The notes beneath the pieces are model-generated. The model saw only the letters and a list, made by a program, of their open reading frames with translations, was not told the origin of the DNA and did no database searches. Shown in pieces: positions 1 through 8,981 of a DNA stretch of 32,000 nucleotides (positions are counted from its first letter, which is position 1; each line of letters opens with the position of its first letter). Both the position numbers and the translations under genes were made by a program. Where the stretch lies: NCBI RefSeq assembly GCF_006968745.1, contig NZ_CP030118.1:4274399-4306398 (forward strand). The letters run 5' to 3'. Origin of the DNA: Brasilonema sennae CENA114 (GTDB taxonomy: Bacteria; Cyanobacteriota; Cyanobacteriia; Cyanobacteriales; Nostocaceae).

Positions 1-15
1 TATTTATCACTACCC

Positions 16-348
16 GTGAGCTTGACAAATGTGGCAATTGCAGGTAGTGTGTTCTTTGCTTGTTTGCTGAGTTTGACTTATCTCAGTCGCTTCATAAATC
101 CTCAGCTAGCTTGGACTTTCATTTCGCTTGTCTTACTAGCATTGACATGGGGTTTGGGGTCAAAAAATCGCAGTGTTTCTCTAGCTGCCCTGATCTGTAC
201 AATTGCTGGTACTGTGCTCCCTGTCTTTGGATTATTAGTACCATTTAGCGGTCTTACTCTTAGCCTTGCAGGCTTGCTTTCAGTCATCTGGCTTGCAGTT
301 CGTCACTGGTATGGCTTATATAGATTAGAACTAGAAGACCGTAGATAA
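16..348 (+). CDS. small hydrophobic membrane protein, function unknown (possibly 5'-partial)
   Basis: ORF with a GTG at 16. The frame has no stop back to base 1, so the true start may lie off-window. The translation is dominated by 3-4 long hydrophobic stretches. Confidence 0.4.
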   Translation: MSLTNVAIAGSVFFACLLSLTYLSRFINPQLAWTFISLVLLALTWGLGSKNRSVSLAALICTIAGTVLPVFGLLVPFSGLTLSLAGLLSVIWLAVRHWYGLYRLELEDRR

Positions 349-737
349 TGAGGTCTTTTCCATTGCATGCACTTTTTTGATTTGTCATATCAAGTAACTG
401 GAATTTAAACTAAAGCATGAAAAATGACTCAGCACCGCTGAGTTGTATAAAAAAGTAAGGTAAAAAGCAAAGCTTAGAAATTACGTGACTTTTGAGCGTC
501 GAAACTTGGGAATTTTTGTACCTTTTTTAACGACAGGGTATGGGATTCTACGTTTGCGGGGTTAACTTTGTTTGCAACCTGGAGAAATTCCTTTGAGTTT
601 TGGGAGGTTGGGTAGGTGTACCAATCACCCTATTGAGCCAGCAAATTGATCAAAAAAATAGTTCACAGTTGGAAAACTTATGCTTTTATGGATAATGCTG
701 TCTTCGTGAAGCGTACAATAGTACTAACAAAGTTTAT

Positions 738-1736
738 ATGAGACTTAATTGTAACTCTTACTACGAAACAAAATTTGGTGCTACTTATTTGGGAAACAGC
801 CTGGAATTAATGGCAGGTATTCCCGATGACAGTATCGACCTAATTTGTACATCTCCACCATTCGCACTTGTTCGTAAAAAAGAATACGGAAATGTTGACG
901 CCGACGAATATGTCGAATGGTTTAAAAATTTTGCAAAACAATTTCACCGTATTCTAAAACCAACAGGCTCACTGTTTATTGATATTGGTGGCAGTTGGAT
1001 TAAGGGGATGCCAGTTCGCTCTCTTTACCATTTTGAATTAGTTGTTGCTCTGTGCAAACCGAAAGAAAAAGGCGGAATAGGGTTTTATCTGGCACAAGAA
1101 TTATATTGGTATAATCCAGCTAAACTTCCCACCCCTGCTGAATGGGTAACAGTTCGCAGGGAAAGAGTTAAAGATTCGGTAAATACAATTTGGTGGCTGT
1201 CAAAAGAACCACATCCTAAAGCTAACAATAGAAGGGTTTTAAAGCCTTATAGCGATGCGATGAAAAACCTGATTAAGAATGGATACAAGCCCAAAGTTAG
1301 ACCATCGGGTCATGATATTTCCGATAAATTTGGGAACGACAGAGGAGGGGCTATCCCCCCGAATATTATTGATGGACGTTGCAGTACAGATAAAGAAGAA
1401 ATAGGGCAACCGACTCTTATACAAGAAATTTTATTTGAAGATTTAGTCCAGCCTGTAAATGTGATTTCTGCATCGAATACTGCTTCTAAGGATTATTATC
1501 AACGGCGTTGCAAAGAAGAAGGTTTGAAGCCACACCCGGCAAGATTCCCTCAAGCATTACCAGAGTTTGTCATCAACCTTTGTACAGAACCGGGCGATAT
1601 TGTTTTAGAACCTTTCGCGGGTTCTAACATGACAGGTCGAGTTGCAGAAACCTTACAAAGACGCTGGTTGGCTTTTGAGATTGATGAAGACTACATCAAA
1701 AGCTCAAAATTGAGATTTGAACAAAATGCTCCTTGA
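738..1736 (+). CDS. beta-class N4-cytosine/N6-adenine DNA methyltransferase (PvuII-methylase-like, SPPF type), apparently solitary
   Basis: ATG at 738. Catalytic motif IV is N-terminal (LICTSPPFALVRKKEYGN). The AdoMet motif I is C-terminal (VLEPFAGSNMTG). This is the circular permutation typical of beta-class amino-methyltransferases, and SPPF is most typical of m4C enzymes. Confidence 0.85.
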   Translation: MRLNCNSYYETKFGATYLGNSLELMAGIPDDSIDLICTSPPFALVRKKEYGNVDADEYVEWFKNFAKQFHRILKPTGSLFIDIGGSWIKGMPVRSLYHFELVVALCKPKEKGGIGFYLAQELYWYNPAKLPTPAEWVTVRRERVKDSVNTIWWLSKEPHPKANNRRVLKPYSDAMKNLIKNGYKPKVRPSGHDISDKFGNDRGGAIPPNIIDGRCSTDKEEIGQPTLIQEILFEDLVQPVNVISASNTASKDYYQRRCKEEGLKPHPARFPQALPEFVINLCTEPGDIVLEPFAGSNMTGRVAETLQRRWLAFEIDEDYIKSSKLRFEQNAP

Positions 1737-2062
1737 GAAGTTGGTTGTCCCTGGCAGGTGTTTTTGAACGGGAATACAAAATAAACTGGGATGTTGTTTG
1801 CGATATTCTAGGCATTAAGAAAGATTTTATCGACGAGCTTTATACCCTGACTCCCCGACAAAAATATTTTCTGCTGAGTCTGCTTAACCTTGATGTGAAA
1901 GAACTTACACCAGCCAATAAAGTTGCCCAACATACCAGGAGTGTTTATGAACTGGAGTTTAGACTAAAAGCAGGCGATCGCTGTGCGGTTGCACGGGGTG
2001 TTGTAAGTATAAAAAAAAGTCAGGGACAATCGAACTACAAAAAAAACCTAACCCAGATTTAA
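1733..2062 (+). CDS. hypothetical small protein overlapping the methyltransferase stop by 4 nt (weak call)
   Basis: 109-codon ORF whose only start candidate is a TTG at 1733. It has no internal Met and I recognise no motifs. The overlap with the methylase stop suggests coupling, but the coding evidence is weak. Confidence 0.25.
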   Translation: MRSWLSLAGVFEREYKINWDVVCDILGIKKDFIDELYTLTPRQKYFLLSLLNLDVKELTPANKVAQHTRSVYELEFRLKAGDRCAVARGVVSIKKSQGQSNYKKNLTQI

Positions 2063-2176
2063 TTCGGGTCAGGTTTTGAGTGCTTGATGTTAATGCCGAA
2101 TTAATACTAAAAATTCTACTGAGGAATTACATGGGACTAAAGTCATGAGCTGATGTGACTTTATTACTAAATTTTA

Positions 2177-2200
2177 GGGGGTGATTGCTGAATCACCCCC
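2177..2200. terminator. perfect 10-bp stem hairpin between convergent genes (possible bidirectional terminator)
   Basis: gggggtgatt (2177-2186), loop gctg, then aatcaccccc (2191-2200). It lies between the 3' ends of the 1733..2062 ORF (+) and ndhD (-). Confidence 0.5.
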
Positions 2201-2252
2201 TGTATGATCATTCTAGGATTCTTTAACAGTCCCACTCCTGTGGGGACAGATA

Positions 2253-3860
2253 TTACTCAGCAATATTAACCAAACCTGGAACTTCTGAACTAGCCAGTGT
2301 TGGTGCGGTAAATATAAGGGAATATAAACTTGTTGGTTGCTGCTGTGCAACAACTGGTAGAACTTGACGAGCATGAGTTGCGACTTGCATAGTCTTCACG
2401 TCGTATGTTTGCATCGCCACCTTAGGATAGAAGCCGATACCGATGATGGGAAGTATCAAACAAGCAGTGATGAACAGTTCGCGTGGTTTAACATCTAGTA
2501 CCACTGCATCCAGCACTAACTCTTCATTTTGCTGACCGTAGAAGACTTCGCGCAACATTGAGAGTAAATAAATCGGAGTCAGAATCACACCAACAGCTGA
2601 GAGTAGCACGACGACAACCTTGAAGCTAGAGCTGTAGACATCGCTTGTGGCAATTCCGAGAAAAACCATCAACTCACCGACAAACCCACTCATCCCTGGT
2701 AACGCCAGAGAAGCCATTGCAGCCGTAGTGAATAGAGCAAAGGTTTTGGGCATGACTTTTGCTATGCCACCCATTTTGTCCATCATCAAGGTGTGAGTGC
2801 GCTCGTAAGTCACGCCAGAGAGGAAGAACAAGCTTGCAGCAATCAAACCATGAGAAATCATCTGTAGCATTGCGCCGTTGATGCCCAAGTCTGTATAGGA
2901 AGCAATACCAATCAGGACAAACCCCATGTGAGCAACAGACGAATAAGCCAAGCGCCGCTTAAGATTCGTTTGAGCAAAGGCACAGCAAGCACCGTAGACA
3001 ATGTTTACGACACCTAAAATTGCTAGCACTGGAGCGAAGTAAACATGAGCGTTGGGTAACATCTCCACGTTGATGCGGATAAGTGCATAACCACCCATCT
3101 TCAACAAAACACCAGCCAAAATCATCGAACCAGGTGCTGGGGCTTCACCGTGAGCATCAGGTAACCAGGTGTGCAGAGGGAAAATCGGCAGCTTGACACC
3201 AAAAGCAATCAAGAAACACACATAAACTAGAAGTTCAAATGCTTTGGGATATTCCTTCATTCCCAAAGTTGCCATGTCGAAGGTAACGCTGTCTCCAGAG
3301 AATGCCATTGCAAAGCCCGCTACCAAGATAAATATTGATGCAGCAGCAGTGTAGAGAATGAATTTGGTAGCTGCATAGCGGCGCTTTTCTCCTCCCCAGA
3401 TAGAAATCAGCAAGTACACAGGTACCAACTCGATTTCCCACATCAAGAAGAACAACAGTAAATCCTGGGCAACAAAGACGCCAATTTGGGCGCTGTACAT
3501 CACCAGCATGAGAGCATAAAACAAACGCGGCTTGGTAGTTACTTTCCAAGCCGCGAATACTGCGAGTGTGTTAATCAAGCCTGTTAACAATATCAATGGC
3601 ATCGATAACCCATCAACCGCTACAGACCAATTCAAACCTATTTGAGGAATCCAAGAATATTTTTCAACCAGTTGGAATGCAGAGCTTTGAAAATCGTAGT
3701 TATGCCAAAAAGCATAAATCATCAGGGCAAAGTCTGTAAAGGCGACTCCCAAACCATACCAGCGGAGAGTTGTGCCTTCTTTATCTGGGATTAGGGGGAT
3801 GGCTGTAGCAGCCACTATCGGCAATAAAATTATGGTTGTTAACCAAGGAAAATCAAACAT
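2253..3860 (-). CDS. ndhD: NAD(P)H-quinone oxidoreductase (NDH-1) subunit 4 / NdhD (NuoM family)
   Basis: 535-aa polytopic membrane protein with ATG at 3860. It carries the NuoM/NdhD signature [33 protein letters not shown]. The N-terminus [16 protein letters not shown] is typical of cyanobacterial NdhD. Confidence 0.93.
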   Translation of the reverse strand: MFDFPWLTTIILLPIVAATAIPLIPDKEGTTLRWYGLGVAFTDFALMIYAFWHNYDFQSSAFQLVEKYSWIPQIGLNWSVAVDGLSMPLILLTGLINTLAVFAAWKVTTKPRLFYALMLVMYSAQIGVFVAQDLLLFFLMWEIELVPVYLLISIWGGEKRRYAATKFILYTAAASIFILVAGFAMAFSGDSVTFDMATLGMKEYPKAFELLVYVCFLIAFGVKLPIFPLHTWLPDAHGEAPAPGSMILAGVLLKMGGYALIRINVEMLPNAHVYFAPVLAILGVVNIVYGACCAFAQTNLKRRLAYSSVAHMGFVLIGIASYTDLGINGAMLQMISHGLIAASLFFLSGVTYERTHTLMMDKMGGIAKVMPKTFALFTTAAMASLALPGMSGFVGELMVFLGIATSDVYSSSFKVVVVLLSAVGVILTPIYLLSMLREVFYGQQNEELVLDAVVLDVKPRELFITACLILPIIGIGFYPKVAMQTYDVKTMQVATHARQVLPVVAQQQPTSLYSLIFTAPTLASSEVPGLVNIAE

Positions 3861-4034
3861 ATTCTATCAGGTGACAATCACTTTACGTTTTTATTTTAAT
3901 TACATTATATTAAGTTGTTCATACTTTTGTGAACGTCATTTCTCTATCAAAACCAAATCTTTAGATTTCATTAGTAACAAATACTTATTTTTGGAAGCAA
4001 ATCCATTCTAATTGTAAAGTTTTGCTAAGTCAAC

Positions 4035-4056
4035 AAAAAAGGTGGCAACAGCCACC
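4035..4056 (-). terminator. candidate intrinsic terminator downstream of thrB
   Basis: On the minus strand, ggtggc-tgtt-gccacc is followed by TTTTTT (plus-strand A-run 4035-4040, stem 4041-4056). Confidence 0.45.
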
Positions 4057-4108
4057 GTCACAATTTGTTATGTTAACTCTGCCCTAGGAGGGTTCTGTGG
4101 GAAAGACA

Positions 4109-4164
4109 GGGAGCCGGGAGCAGGGAGCCGGGAGCCGGGAGCAGGGAGCCGGGAGCCGGGAATA
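4109..4164. repeat. heptamer tandem repeat (GGGAGCC/GGGAGCA) x8, STRR-like
   Basis: Direct reading gives gggagcc gggagca gggagcc gggagcc gggagca gggagcc gggagcc gggaata. It accounts for the spurious ORF 4042..4230 (GAGSREPGAGSREPG). Confidence 0.9.
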
Positions 4165-4324
4165 GAGAACAGGGAAGAAGGGGGATGGTGTTTGTTTGAT
4201 TCGTTGCGAGTGTGTAACGGTGCTAGTTAAAGGCTCAGTACTTAAATAAAAAGACAGAGATAGTTACCTATAACTATCTGATAAATACGGTTGACATATC
4301 AGCAAAAGTTTCAGAGTGTAAAAT

Positions 4325-5302
4325 TTAATTTATAGTTTGGAATTTTGAATTGATTTGTGCCCCTTGAGTATCAACACAGAGCGATCGCACCTCTGGTTTT
4401 ATTCCCTCCTCCATCCAAGCTGCTGTCATCGCTTGCGCCACAGCTTGAGAATGCGCCTTATCCGTCAAAGCCAACAATGTTGGACCAGCACCACTAATCA
4501 CCATCCCATAAGCACCAGCTTCAACAGCAGCAGAATACACCGCATCGTAACCTCGAATCAATGCTTTTCGATAAGGCTGATGCAACCTATCTTGCAAAGC
4601 AGCCCTCAACCAATCACCCTTGCCAGTTTCCAAACCACGCAACAACAACCCCAGATGCGCCGCATTAAAAATCGCATCCGCACGACTTACCTCAGTAGGC
4701 AAAACCTGACGCGCCTGCTTTGTTGAAAGCTCAAAATCTGGAATCGCCACGACTGGTACAATCTCCTCACACCAAGGAACCTCACAAACCTCCCACTCTC
4801 TGTGCTCTCTGTGCCTCTGCGGTTCACCTTCTACCCCCGTCGCCGCCAACCGACATCCTCCCAACAAAGCTGGTACCACATTATCTGGATGTCCTTCTAG
4901 AGCGATCGCCAACTCCATCACTTCCAACTGGCTCAAAGGCTCCCCCGCCAACAAATTCGCACCAACCAACCCACCGACAATTGCTGTCGCCGAACTCCCC
5001 AAACCCCGCGCCAGTGGAACACCAAGATGAATCTCAATCTCTACAGGTGGCGGTGTCTGCTCTGTGTGTTGATAAAATTTCACAAACGCTTGATAGAGCA
5101 AATTACTTTCATCAGTGACAACTCGTTCAGCCTCCGCACCTGTGACAGTAATTTTCACTCCCTCAAGGTAAGGCGGTATATCAAGGCGAGTGAACTTAAA
5201 CTCGTTGTACAGCGTTAGAGCCGCACCAATACAATCAAAACCTGGTCCTAAATTGGCAGTTGTGCCTGGAACAGTGATAGATACAGAAGAAAGAACAGAC
5301 AT
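4325..5302 (-). CDS. thrB: homoserine kinase
   Basis: GHMP-kinase motifs are present: TTANLGPGFDCIG near the N-terminus and PLARGLGSSATAIVG. Length is 325 aa with ATG at 5302. Confidence 0.93.
   Translation of the reverse strand: MSVLSSVSITVPGTTANLGPGFDCIGAALTLYNEFKFTRLDIPPYLEGVKITVTGAEAERVVTDESNLLYQAFVKFYQHTEQTPPPVEIEIHLGVPLARGLGSSATAIVGGLVGANLLAGEPLSQLEVMELAIALEGHPDNVVPALLGGCRLAATGVEGEPQRHREHREWEVCEVPWCEEIVPVVAIPDFELSTKQARQVLPTEVSRADAIFNAAHLGLLLRGLETGKGDWLRAALQDRLHQPYRKALIRGYDAVYSAAVEAGAYGMVISGAGPTLLALTDKAHSQAVAQAMTAAWMEEGIKPEVRSLCVDTQGAQINSKFQTIN
4796..4822. repeat. three tandem 9-mers inside thrB, in frame
   Basis: The plus strand reads ctctctgtg ctctctgtg cctctgcgg. On the coding strand this is ccgcagagg cacagagag cacagagag, encoding PQR-HRE-HRE. 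Confidence 0.85.
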
Positions 5303-5427
5303 TTGTCAGTAAAAACTAATTAATCAACCAGCATCTCATGTAACTGATTAATTTGCTCAGCAGTTATCTGAATCTCTTCTGTAACGTAATCCAATGTGTT
5401 GTTCTAAATACTTGAAAGCGTCTAGCC

Positions 5428-6231
5428 CTACTGCCCTAACTCCTGAATATTATTCATCACTTGTTGATAGAGTATTTTATTATTCTGTTTATCAAAGATT
5501 TCTGCTGCTCGCTGCAAGTCTTGCCTAGCTTTTTCTTTATCACCTAGCGCAGCATAGGCATTTCCTCGGTTATTGTATGCTGCGGCAAAATTAGGAGCAA
5601 GACGAATCGCTTCGTTATAATCTGTGATTGCTCCCTCTATATCTTTTTGAGCACTGCGAGCATTACCTCGATTGTTGTAAGCAACAGCATATTGAGGATT
5701 GAGGCGAATCGCTTGGCTGTAATCCTTTACCGCCTGGTTTTTATCTTTATTTGTTGAAAAAGCATTACCTCGATTATTGTAAGCAACAGCATATTTAGGA
5801 TTGAGGCGAATCGCTTGGCTGTAATCGTCTATCGCTCCGTCTCTGTCTCCTTGTGCGGCGCGAGCATTTCCTCGATTATTATAAGCTTGAGCATCGTTAG
5901 AATTTATGCTCAGCGCTTGGTTGTAATCTTCTATCGCCCCCTGCTGATCTCCTATATCAAAGCGAGCAAGTCCCCGACTGTTATATGCAGTTCCATAGTT
6001 GGGAGTGAGGTTAATTGCTTTGGTATAAGAAGCGATCGCTCCTTGTGAATCCCCTTTAATTTGCTGATACTGGCCTTCAATATAAAAGTCTTTAGATTGA
6101 GATGGTGTTGCTACAGGGCGTCCAATAGGACGAACTCCAATTTCTGTTACTAAAACATCGTCACTGTTACTACAGGAAACGGTTGTAAGGGCGACAAATG
6201 CGGTAAACGCAGCTATGCAGACAGCTTTCAT
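5428..6231 (-). CDS. secreted/lipoprotein-like TPR repeat protein
   Basis: N-terminal signal-like segment ending in ..LTTVSC. It is followed by six or more 34-aa TPR units with the recurring AYNNRGNA..A..DY..AI.L.P pattern. Confidence 0.8.
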   Translation of the reverse strand: MKAVCIAAFTAFVALTTVSCSNSDDVLVTEIGVRPIGRPVATPSQSKDFYIEGQYQQIKGDSQGAIASYTKAINLTPNYGTAYNSRGLARFDIGDQQGAIEDYNQALSINSNDAQAYNNRGNARAAQGDRDGAIDDYSQAIRLNPKYAVAYNNRGNAFSTNKDKNQAVKDYSQAIRLNPQYAVAYNNRGNARSAQKDIEGAITDYNEAIRLAPNFAAAYNNRGNAYAALGDKEKARQDLQRAAEIFDKQNNKILYQQVMNNIQELGQ

Positions 6232-6271
6232 TCTTTACCAGTCATCCTTTGAAGAAATATAGGGAACGCTT

Positions 6272-6341
6272 AACAGTGAACAGTAAACAGTGAACAGTAA
6301 ACTGATAACTGATAACTGGTAACTGATAACTGATAACTGTT
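6272..6341. repeat. composite heptamer array (AACAGTG/A)x4 then (AACTGAT)x6, STRR-like
   Basis: Ten consecutive 7-mers read directly. The same two-part array recurs at 11533-11570, 27456-27487 (inverted) and 29977-30086. Confidence 0.9.
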
Positions 6342-6343
6342 CA

Positions 6344-7267
6344 TCACTCATCAGTATTTTCGTGACTTTCTTGATTTTTGGGAATCAGTCGCCAAGCAGT
6401 GGTTTTCTCAATATTTACAGACAATTGTTCCAAATTTTCTCCTAAATCTTTTTGTAGCTTTTGAGTTAGTGTAATTGGAAAATCGAAATCTATGTCTTGA
6501 GTTTGTACTAGCTTTGCGAGTTCTACAAATGCTACCTTCACTGTTTTTCGCTCAGAGGAAGAAAGCTTGAAGTAGGAACTTTCTGGTAGATTCTGAGCAA
6601 GCATAGCTTTTTTTATTCGCTCTTGTAAATGCGCGAATTCCGAGTCTATGAGTTTCCATTGTTGCTCAAGCTGTGCATATCTTGCATTCAGTGATGTTAG
6701 GTTTTCTGTGGTAGGCTCTGGATTAATTTCTTTGTTTAATTCTATCAAACGTTGATGGATTTGAGCAAGATAAATGCAGTCTAGGTAAGCATACTCTATT
6801 TGTTCTTCTGTGAGTGGTCGCTTTCCCCAGTCGCTGGTTTGTTCTTGTTTCTCTATATTCTTAAAATCACAAAGTTCTGCTGCTAATGTTTTTAATTGGT
6901 AGTTAGGTACTGGTAAGGCATAGTAGGGAATTTTTTTTGCCATTTCCAGAGTGCAAGTGATATTTGTAGCCTTTTTGTTACCCAGATATTTCACATCAAA
7001 GTTAGCATTATGAAAAACTTTTTCAATTTGGGGATTGAGCATAATTTTGTCAATGAACTCAGCCACAATATCAGGATGATTGAGTACATCTAAAATATGG
7101 GTGTGTTCGCCACTCAAGTCTGTTGGATCATCTAATACCTGAATCAGTGATAGTCTCGGACTACGACTTTTGTATTCTGCGATTTCTGTATCAATCCACA
7201 AAGTATGAGCTTGAGTATATTCAGCAACAAGAGAACGCATTTCGCTAGCTGAAGTCAAATATGGCAT
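6344..7267 (-). CDS. DEDDy 3'-5' exonuclease (RNase D / WRN-exonuclease-like) with a C-terminal helical extension
   Basis: The three Exo motifs are present: ExoI WIDTEIA, ExoII HNANFDVKYL and ExoIII IEYAYLDCIYL. The track ORF starts at a TTG at 7294. I prefer the ATG at 7267 (MPYLTSASE..). Confidence 0.8.
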   Translation of the reverse strand: MPYLTSASEMRSLVAEYTQAHTLWIDTEIAEYKSRSPRLSLIQVLDDPTDLSGEHTHILDVLNHPDIVAEFIDKIMLNPQIEKVFHNANFDVKYLGNKKATNITCTLEMAKKIPYYALPVPNYQLKTLAAELCDFKNIEKQEQTSDWGKRPLTEEQIEYAYLDCIYLAQIHQRLIELNKEINPEPTTENLTSLNARYAQLEQQWKLIDSEFAHLQERIKKAMLAQNLPESSYFKLSSSERKTVKVAFVELAKLVQTQDIDFDFPITLTQKLQKDLGENLEQLSVNIEKTTAWRLIPKNQESHENTDE

Positions 7268-7483
7268 GGGGTGAATTTGCGGAAAAATGGGCAAGAGGAA
7301 TTAAGTCCTAGTTTCCCAAGTTAGCATTTTATGAGTAATTTTTCTGGTGTTATATTTACGGAAGGCGGATTTGCAACAAGGAGATAACTCGCGGTGGTTC
7401 CGAGAAGCGGGGATTGTCTCTATTGTGACTTAACCTCCAATCGTGACACTCTAAGCTGTTCCACATTTAATTTGCATTTTAAA

Positions 7484-7514
7484 CCGCAGAGGCGCAGAGG
7501 AAGCAGAGTAAGAG
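7484..7514. repeat. short CGCAGAG-type tandem repeat
   Basis: ccgcagaggcgcagaggaagcagagtaagag. It belongs to the same motif family as the thrB insertion and the decamers at 16091-16120. Confidence 0.6.
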
Positions 7515-7603
7515 ATAAAAGAGCTTGATACTTTTTATCAAAATTTTAAATTATGCAAGTTAGATGTGTTTTAGTTTATACTCTAGAAAATTTTAGTTAT
7601 GTC

Positions 7604-8233
7604 CTACTGACTAAGTATTAATTCACTCAAGAGTTTTAATACACTTAAAACCTGTTGTAGTTCACTTTCTTTCTCTATTGATAAAGCATAAGAACGAGCA
7701 TATTTTGGTTTTTCTTGCTGAACTAATTTTACGAAAACAAACTCTCTACCGTTGACAAGTAACCCAAAAGTCGGCTGTTCAATATTGGGAGTATCAAGCA
7801 TATAAGCTAGTGCTTGGGGTAATGCAGTTATCACATCAAATTTAGTGCTTTTTGATTCTATAACCAAGATCCAAAGACGTTTTTGTATAACCAAAACATC
7901 AATATTGCCTTTGACTACAATGCTTTCATCTTCAGCAGAAATCTCAGTAGAAGTTTCGGTTTCAATCTCGAAAGATGGTTGATAAAAGCCAGCTAAATCT
8001 AGCAGTGGAGACAGGACTACCATCTTCACTGCTTCTTCTGACATTGGGCGACGTTTAGTTAAATTGAAATAGTTGCTTTTAACTCGTTCCAAAGAGAATC
8101 TTTCTCTATCAGTCAGTGGTGGTAAGTTCTCTACCCATTCTGTAAAAAAATCAGCGCTTGTAATTAATTCCAATCCAAATTTTTCTTCTAAATCGTAAAG
8201 ACTGATATCTCGCGCTTGAATTGTTTTTACCAT
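7604..8233 (-). CDS. PD-(D/E)xK nuclease-fold protein (restriction-endonuclease-like, HSDR_N-like), function unknown
   Basis: 209 aa with ATG at 8233. A candidate catalytic core is GNIDVLV...WILVIESKSTK (D...ExK). The coding region is visibly AT-rich compared with its neighbours. Confidence 0.6.
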   Translation of the reverse strand: MVKTIQARDISLYDLEEKFGLELITSADFFTEWVENLPPLTDRERFSLERVKSNYFNLTKRRPMSEEAVKMVVLSPLLDLAGFYQPSFEIETETSTEISAEDESIVVKGNIDVLVIQKRLWILVIESKSTKFDVITALPQALAYMLDTPNIEQPTFGLLVNGREFVFVKLVQQEKPKYARSYALSIEKESELQQVLSVLKLLSELILSQ

Positions 8234-8288
8234 AATTACTGAAACATGCGGCTGGAAAATGGGGAATACATTAGTATTGTATGTTATT

Positions 8289-8390
8289 GCGCTCGAAGCC
8301 CTTACACCGTTCGGACGTTCGGCGAAGCTTCGACGCCGCTCAGCTTCCGCTCAGTCGAGCCGCTGAGCGCTCACCTTGGCGTTGCCCTTA
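8289..8390. repeat. GC-rich small dispersed repeat composite
   Basis: gctcgaagcccttacaccgttcggacgttcggcgaagcttcgacgccgctcagcttccgctcagtcgagccgctgagcgctcacc. Its composition contrasts with the flanks. It contains the hairpin gctcag..ctgagc and shares motifs with 8938-8956 and 11471-11532. Confidence 0.6.
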
Positions 8391-8489
8391 CTCCCTACTT
8401 TTTGTGAGATTTTTTACCACGTTTCCGGAACATCGAACTCAAGTTATGTAGTCAGAAGTAAGTATTAAGACGAATATGTAAAGTAGCAG

Positions 8490-8930
8490 ATGGAACCACT
8501 CACCGCAGGGGCGATCGCAATTGGGACTGTGATTGCGACTAAGGCTTTAGAAAAAACGGGCGAAAAGGTAGGAGAAACTCTATGGAATAAAACTGGTGAG
8601 TTTCTCGTCACCCTCAAAAAACACTCTCCCCATACTGTAGTTGCTATTGAAAAAGCGCCATCTCAACCACTTGACTATGGTAAAGCAGTATTGGAGGTAG
8701 AATCAGTAGCTAAAGCTCATCCTCAAGTAAATCTTGCTGTGCAAGAATTAGTAGCAGCAGCACAAGCTAATCCACCATTGAATTTAGCTGATGCATTGAA
8801 AGAAATAAAAGCAGCTGTAGAGAAATCTCAACATCCAGATGCTCCAGCTTTTATTCAAAACATCCAAAAAGCTATTAATGCGGCTCAAACTCAAACCATT
8901 GACCAACGCAATAGTACTTTCAACATTTGA
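8490..8930 (+). CDS. helical N-terminal module of the downstream NB-ARC/TPR gene, separated from it by one in-frame TGA
   Basis: 146 aa with ATG at 8490. It has an N-terminal hydrophobic helix (LTAGAIAIGTVIATKAL) and an N/Q-rich tail (IQNIQKAINAAQTQTIDQRNSTFNI). It is in the same reading frame as 8982..11507, and the intervening 51 nt contain no further stop. Confidence 0.65.
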   Translation: MEPLTAGAIAIGTVIATKALEKTGEKVGETLWNKTGEFLVTLKKHSPHTVVAIEKAPSQPLDYGKAVLEVESVAKAHPQVNLAVQELVAAAQANPPLNLADALKEIKAAVEKSQHPDAPAFIQNIQKAINAAQTQTIDQRNSTFNI

Positions 8931-8981
8931 CTGCAGTCGTCCGAACGGGAACGGACAAAGTTAACTCCCCCAAATAATGTT

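Noticed and set aside
1733-2062. The 109-aa ORF as the cognate restriction endonuclease of the methyltransferase
   Set aside because: It is too small and I can see no convincing PD-(D/E)xK or HNH core. It has only a TTG start. I keep it as a low-confidence hypothetical ORF.
3235-3549. Internal or antisense ORFs inside ndhD, thrB, the FAAL gene, the P450s, glgP and priA (for example 3235..3549, 4355..4726, 4720..5118, 18852..19175, 22284..22508 and 28234..28515)
   Set aside because: They overlap well-supported genes in other frames or on the opposite strand, and their translations lack any protein-like motif. They are typical shadow ORFs.
3861-4040. NtcA-type GTA-N8-TAC sites upstream of ndhD, hisF, glgP and the P450 operon
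   Set aside because: Scanning by eye found only partial matches, such as GTA-N8-TTA near 3972 and GTA-N8-ACA near 14514. That is not enough to call a site.
4042-4230. 62-aa ORF (GAGSREPGAGSREPG...)
   Set aside because: It is produced entirely by the GGGAGCC heptamer array. Its low-complexity translation has no start context, so I treat it as a repeat and not a gene.
6272-6341. Possible CRISPR arrays at the heptamer and 126-bp repeat regions
   Set aside because: The heptamer arrays have 7-nt units with no spacers. The 126-bp repeats (10389-11396) are coding TPR units in one long ORF. No cas genes are present.
7268-7294. N-terminal extensions from alternative starts for the exonuclease (TTG at 7294), the antitoxin (start at 12318) and the TPR protein (start at 16065)
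   Set aside because: Downstream ATG codons give N-termini that look like real proteins. The extensions run into repeats or add implausible hydrophobic or low-complexity leaders.
8928-8960. Selenocysteine recoding of the in-frame TGA, with the downstream hairpin as a SECIS
   Set aside because: The hairpin has only a 5-bp stem and does not resemble the long bacterial SECIS. The site is in an interdomain linker, not a redox-active Cys position. No sel genes are visible. Leaky termination or a nonsense mutation is more parsimonious.
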